This document shows, in pieces, positions 60,746 through 64,000 of a DNA stretch of 64,000 nt. The notes under the pieces were generated by a model. That model was given only the letters and a program-made list of their open reading frames with translations, had not been told where the DNA came from and made no database searches. Numbering within the stretch: position 1 is the first letter of the stretch; every line of letters begins with the position of its first letter. The stretch spans positions 1,240,001 to 1,304,000 of the forward strand of contig OZ037847.1 in NCBI GenBank assembly GCA_964035575.1. Direction: 5' to 3'. The position numbers and the translations under genes are program-made. This DNA comes from Rhynchopus sp. YZ270_cl-10. Its lineage: Eukaryota.

Positions 60746-61137
60746 ACACGCTTTAGCGGAGCAGCTTCGCTGCGTGTTGGGAGATCTTTGATAGAGACTA
60801 CCGTCCTTTTGATTTGACATGGCACGCACACTGCTATTTGGCAGAATATTTATTTGATTTTCCTCAGGCTTTGTCCTGGTTGGCCGGGGTCCGTTTATGT
60901 TTCAGTCTCTACCCTCACCAAATCACCACACCATCTTCATCAGATTTTTTGTTGGAATTTGTTTTGGGTTGTTTCGGCTTCCACATTCGCCCCCCTCATC
61001 TTTTTGTTCCCCCACACACGATTCTTCGCTTCGCATCCATCTTCTCGTCCCCTACCAAGCCTCTCGGTAGTGTGCAGCCGCGGACATATACACCACCTTC
61101 GACTCCGCCTTCTCCACCCAGTGCACCCCTCGACGCT

Positions 61138-62391
61138 ATGGCCACAGCACACATCACCGATTGTGCTACGCTGTTGGCGGCGTTCGAGGCGCAGACGACG
61201 AGCCAGCACGACTGGTCGCCTCCGGATGCGGCCCTGCGTGCGCTGGGCGTGGAAGAGGGCTCCCCTGCGCTGGTGGGACGCAAGATCCAGTTCGCGGATC
61301 TGGCGCGGACGATGCGGGCCCTGGATAAGGAAGTCGCCCGCCACACCGGCGTCCAGGGGCCAGGGCAGGTGACGCGGTTGGCGATTGTGTCCGCCATCCT
61401 CGTCCTCCTCAAGGCGGAGGTGACGGAGGCGAACAGCGCGATGTTCTCAGAGGGCCAGCGCATGTCCCTCACGCGCCTGGTCGGCACCCTCACGGTGCTG
61501 TCCACGGTGCTGGGGGACCCCGAGACCCGGTCCCGCCTCAGCGGATCCCGCCCCCCCGCCACCACCGCCGAGACGCCGGTTTTGCCTCAACGTGAGGACA
61601 GCCCGGAGGCGTCCATCCCGCGCGAGCAGCAGCCGCAGCAGCCGCAGCAGACGCAGCCGGCGGCGGACAACGCGCGGATCGCGCAGCTGGAGGCTGCGAT
61701 GATGGAGTTGGCGGCAGCGAAGCGGGAGGGGGACGCGCGGCACGAGCTCCTGTGCCAGCAGCTCAACGCGGTCAGGGACGGTGGTGCGCCTCCTCCGGCA
61801 GCTGCAGCATCGGACTTCCTGGCGCAGTTACGGGCGGCGATCGGCACCGGGGCAGCGGCGCCTATGCAGGTGGAACAGCCGGTTATGGGGACGGACGTGG
61901 ACGTGGTGGCACGCAACCCGAGACACTGGGTGGATTTTTGCGCCGACGCCGACCACTGCGCCGACGCTCTGGTGCAGGCCCTGAAGAGGCGCCTGCCTAC
62001 CGAGGCCGGCGACGCGCAGGACGGGGCCCGCTTCGCCGTTGATGTGGTGGGTCTGTTGCTGCAGCAAGCTCCCTTGGAGGCGGTGCTGAGAAAGCTCGAT
62101 GACAGTATCTCCTTCTGGCAGTTGAGGGCGAGTTGTGGGAGGTCGGGTGCGGTCGCCTTCCGCGACAAGGTCTGGACGGCGGATGTCGTGCCGAAGGACC
62201 GGCAGGCGGCGGTGGCGGCGGCGCACGCAGCAGGGCGTGGTGCGAAGTCCGGGCACGGGGGTGGCCGGGCCGGGCAGGCGTACGGGGGTGGCAACGGGGG
62301 GGGCCAGGCCGCGCAGCCGTACGCGCCGGGAAACGGTGGTGGCAGAGGCCGAGGCGGGGGAGGGCATTGGCGCGGTGGTCAACGCAAGTGA
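61138..62391 (+). CDS. Gag-like ORF1 (417 aa), copy 3
   Basis: Same length and translation as 53779-55032. Confidence 0.7.
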   Translation: MATAHITDCATLLAAFEAQTTSQHDWSPPDAALRALGVEEGSPALVGRKIQFADLARTMRALDKEVARHTGVQGPGQVTRLAIVSAILVLLKAEVTEANSAMFSEGQRMSLTRLVGTLTVLSTVLGDPETRSRLSGSRPPATTAETPVLPQREDSPEASIPREQQPQQPQQTQPAADNARIAQLEAAMMELAAAKREGDARHELLCQQLNAVRDGGAPPPAAAASDFLAQLRAAIGTGAAAPMQVEQPVMGTDVDVVARNPRHWVDFCADADHCADALVQALKRRLPTEAGDAQDGARFAVDVVGLLLQQAPLEAVLRKLDDSISFWQLRASCGRSGAVAFRDKVWTADVVPKDRQAAVAAAHAAGRGAKSGHGGGRAGQAYGGGNGGGQAAQPYAPGNGGGRGRGGGGHWRGGQRK

Positions 62392-62515
62392 CGAGAGCAG
62401 GCGGCAGCGCGCGTTACGCTCTCCCTCCCACCACCCTCCCCCCCCTCTTGTTTTTTCTTCCCCCCCCCCACGGCCCTCCCCGCCAAAACACACATCCGCC
62501 GAGTTTTCTTCCGAA

Positions 62516-63511
62516 ATGCTGCTTCAGGCTTTGCGCAAGCCGAAGAAGGGTCTCGGGGTGGCGAGGAGGAAGGAGGTGGACGACTGCGTGTTCCGCCTCC
62601 GCGACGGCAAGCAGGCCGCGCGCGCTTTGGCCCATCTTGTCCCGTGGGACCAAGCGCACACTTTCGACGTGGGGCCCCGAGCAGCAGGCACCCGCGACTG
62701 GCTGCTCCGAGCGTTCCGGCAGTTCGCCGAAGGGGAGACCGAGACCACGCCTCCCGACCAGACGTTGATTCGGTTCGTCTGGGGTCGCCTGCGCGGAGCG
62801 TCGTCCCTCTCCGTGGCCGACTACTGCGGGCGGCTGCTGAAGGCACTGGCGGCCGAGGGGGAGACGGGATACCGCACGCGCCGGGTGCTGGCGGTGAAGC
62901 GCGCGCTGACGCGTTTCGGGACGTTGCTGAGGCCGAGTCAGGCGCCGCCGGTAGACGTGGACGCGGTGATGGACGTGGTCGAGGCTTTCGGTCGCGAGGG
63001 GGCCGAGCGCGAACGGGCGTTTGTGGCCTTGGTGTGGATGGCACGGGCGCGTATGGCGGACGCACGATACCTGCTGGTGCGCGACCTGGTGGAGGTGACA
63101 GACGAGGGCGCGACGGGGCTGGAAGTCGCCCTGAAGGAGAAGCAGCAGAAGAGCTGGACACCCGTGGTGTATTTGCCACCCGGGACGCTTACCCAATACG
63201 TGGTGGAATGGGCACGCGCGCGTCGCTTGGCGGAAGGACAGGACGCGCCGTTGTTTGCAGCGACCGAGACGCAGTACCAGCGCCTCATGCGTCGGGTGGT
63301 GGGGGCTCTGCCGGCAGGGTCCTGGGCGCACTCGCTTCGCAGGGGGTCAGCGCAGGCCCTGCAATCCTGGGGGATGAGCGTGGACGGACTGAGGGACGCG
63401 CTGCGCCACGCGTCATCCAGAACGACGGTGCGTTACCTCATGCGTACGGCGCCCGAGGCTCGCAGGAAGGCACGCTCGACGCTGGACGTCCTGCAGGAGC
63501 GGCCGCTGTAG
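62516..63511 (+). CDS. Tyrosine recombinase, copy 3
   Basis: Same translation as 55171-56166. Confidence 0.9.
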   Translation: MLLQALRKPKKGLGVARRKEVDDCVFRLRDGKQAARALAHLVPWDQAHTFDVGPRAAGTRDWLLRAFRQFAEGETETTPPDQTLIRFVWGRLRGASSLSVADYCGRLLKALAAEGETGYRTRRVLAVKRALTRFGTLLRPSQAPPVDVDAVMDVVEAFGREGAERERAFVALVWMARARMADARYLLVRDLVEVTDEGATGLEVALKEKQQKSWTPVVYLPPGTLTQYVVEWARARRLAEGQDAPLFAATETQYQRLMRRVVGALPAGSWAHSLRRGSAQALQSWGMSVDGLRDALRHASSRTTVRYLMRTAPEARRKARSTLDVLQERPL

Positions 63512-64000
63512 GTTGGTTGTTCCGGGGGTTGGACGGGTACCCGTTGGGGGAGTATGTGCGTGACGAGGGGGATGACGTGGTGGAGGCGGATGTTGAGACG
63601 TCTGCGGCGCCTCCGCATGTGCTCTTGGATGATGTCGCTGGGGTCTGGGGTGGCCCATCTGGGGTGAAGCGGCAGGTGCTTGACTCATTCCCGGCGGGTC
63701 TGATTGATTTGGGGGCGCTCCGCCGACTGGTACCGGCGAAGGCCAGGTTGTTCGCAATGCTTGACGACATTGCGACTTTCCGTGCGCAGCTGACGGGGTC
63801 TGGGGTGTCGATGCCGGGCCCGCCCTCCAAGCTCCAGGACGGCATGTTGGCGGCGTGCGTGGGTAGTGGGGTTTTGCGCACGGAGAAGCGAGCTTTCCCG
63901 TCGGTGTGTGGGCTGTCTGTGTTTCCGCTGGCGAAGACGAACGGCAAGATGCGTCTCATCGTTGACGCACGGCCGTTGAACACGGCGATGCACTCCCCGC
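63512..64000 (+). CDS. RT/RNase H ORF, 5' part, copy 3 (runs off the window)
   Basis: Matches 56167 onward up to RLIVDARPLNTAMHSP. Confidence 0.85.

Larger units (their letters stand above)
60743..64000 (+). mobile_element. Third copy of the YR retrotransposon, truncated by the window end
   Basis: Repeat A, ORF1, YR and start of RT nearly identical to copy 1, with small indels in the non-coding leaders. Confidence 0.93.

Overview
Eukaryotic, repeat-rich protist DNA. A euglenozoan (diplonemid-like) origin is inferred from co-oriented host genes with pyrimidine-tract/AG acceptors just before the ATG, GT-AG introns, and a VIPER-type gag-YR-RT/RH element. (1) 1-23270 is a head-to-tail array of 10 near-identical 2.2-2.45 kb units. 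Each encodes a secreted protein with a CCACGGG cysteine domain and an NWT/NST sequon-saturated repeat tail; two copies are frameshifted and the array has a long-short-short period. (2) 23547-25673 is a DysF + TBC Rab-GAP gene whose stop codon was split by a TIR element. (3) 28865-34779 is a three-layer nest: a decayed Crypton-type tyrosine-recombinase (YR) element, interrupted by a 4.6-kb TIR element with a 6-bp TSD, which itself carries an intact Crypton-type element. Both Cryptons share an ITR-YR-ITR-palindrome layout and sit in T tracts. (4) From 36638 runs a spliced PAM2-motif gene that probably continues through small exons into an AT-rich region holding MITEs and several families of short co-oriented hairpins. 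(5) 53372-64000 holds three tandem copies (full, internally deleted, window-truncated) of a YR retrotransposon with split direct repeats, each bounded by (CT)n microsatellite. All calls are by eye from the sequence and ORF track; no searches were run.
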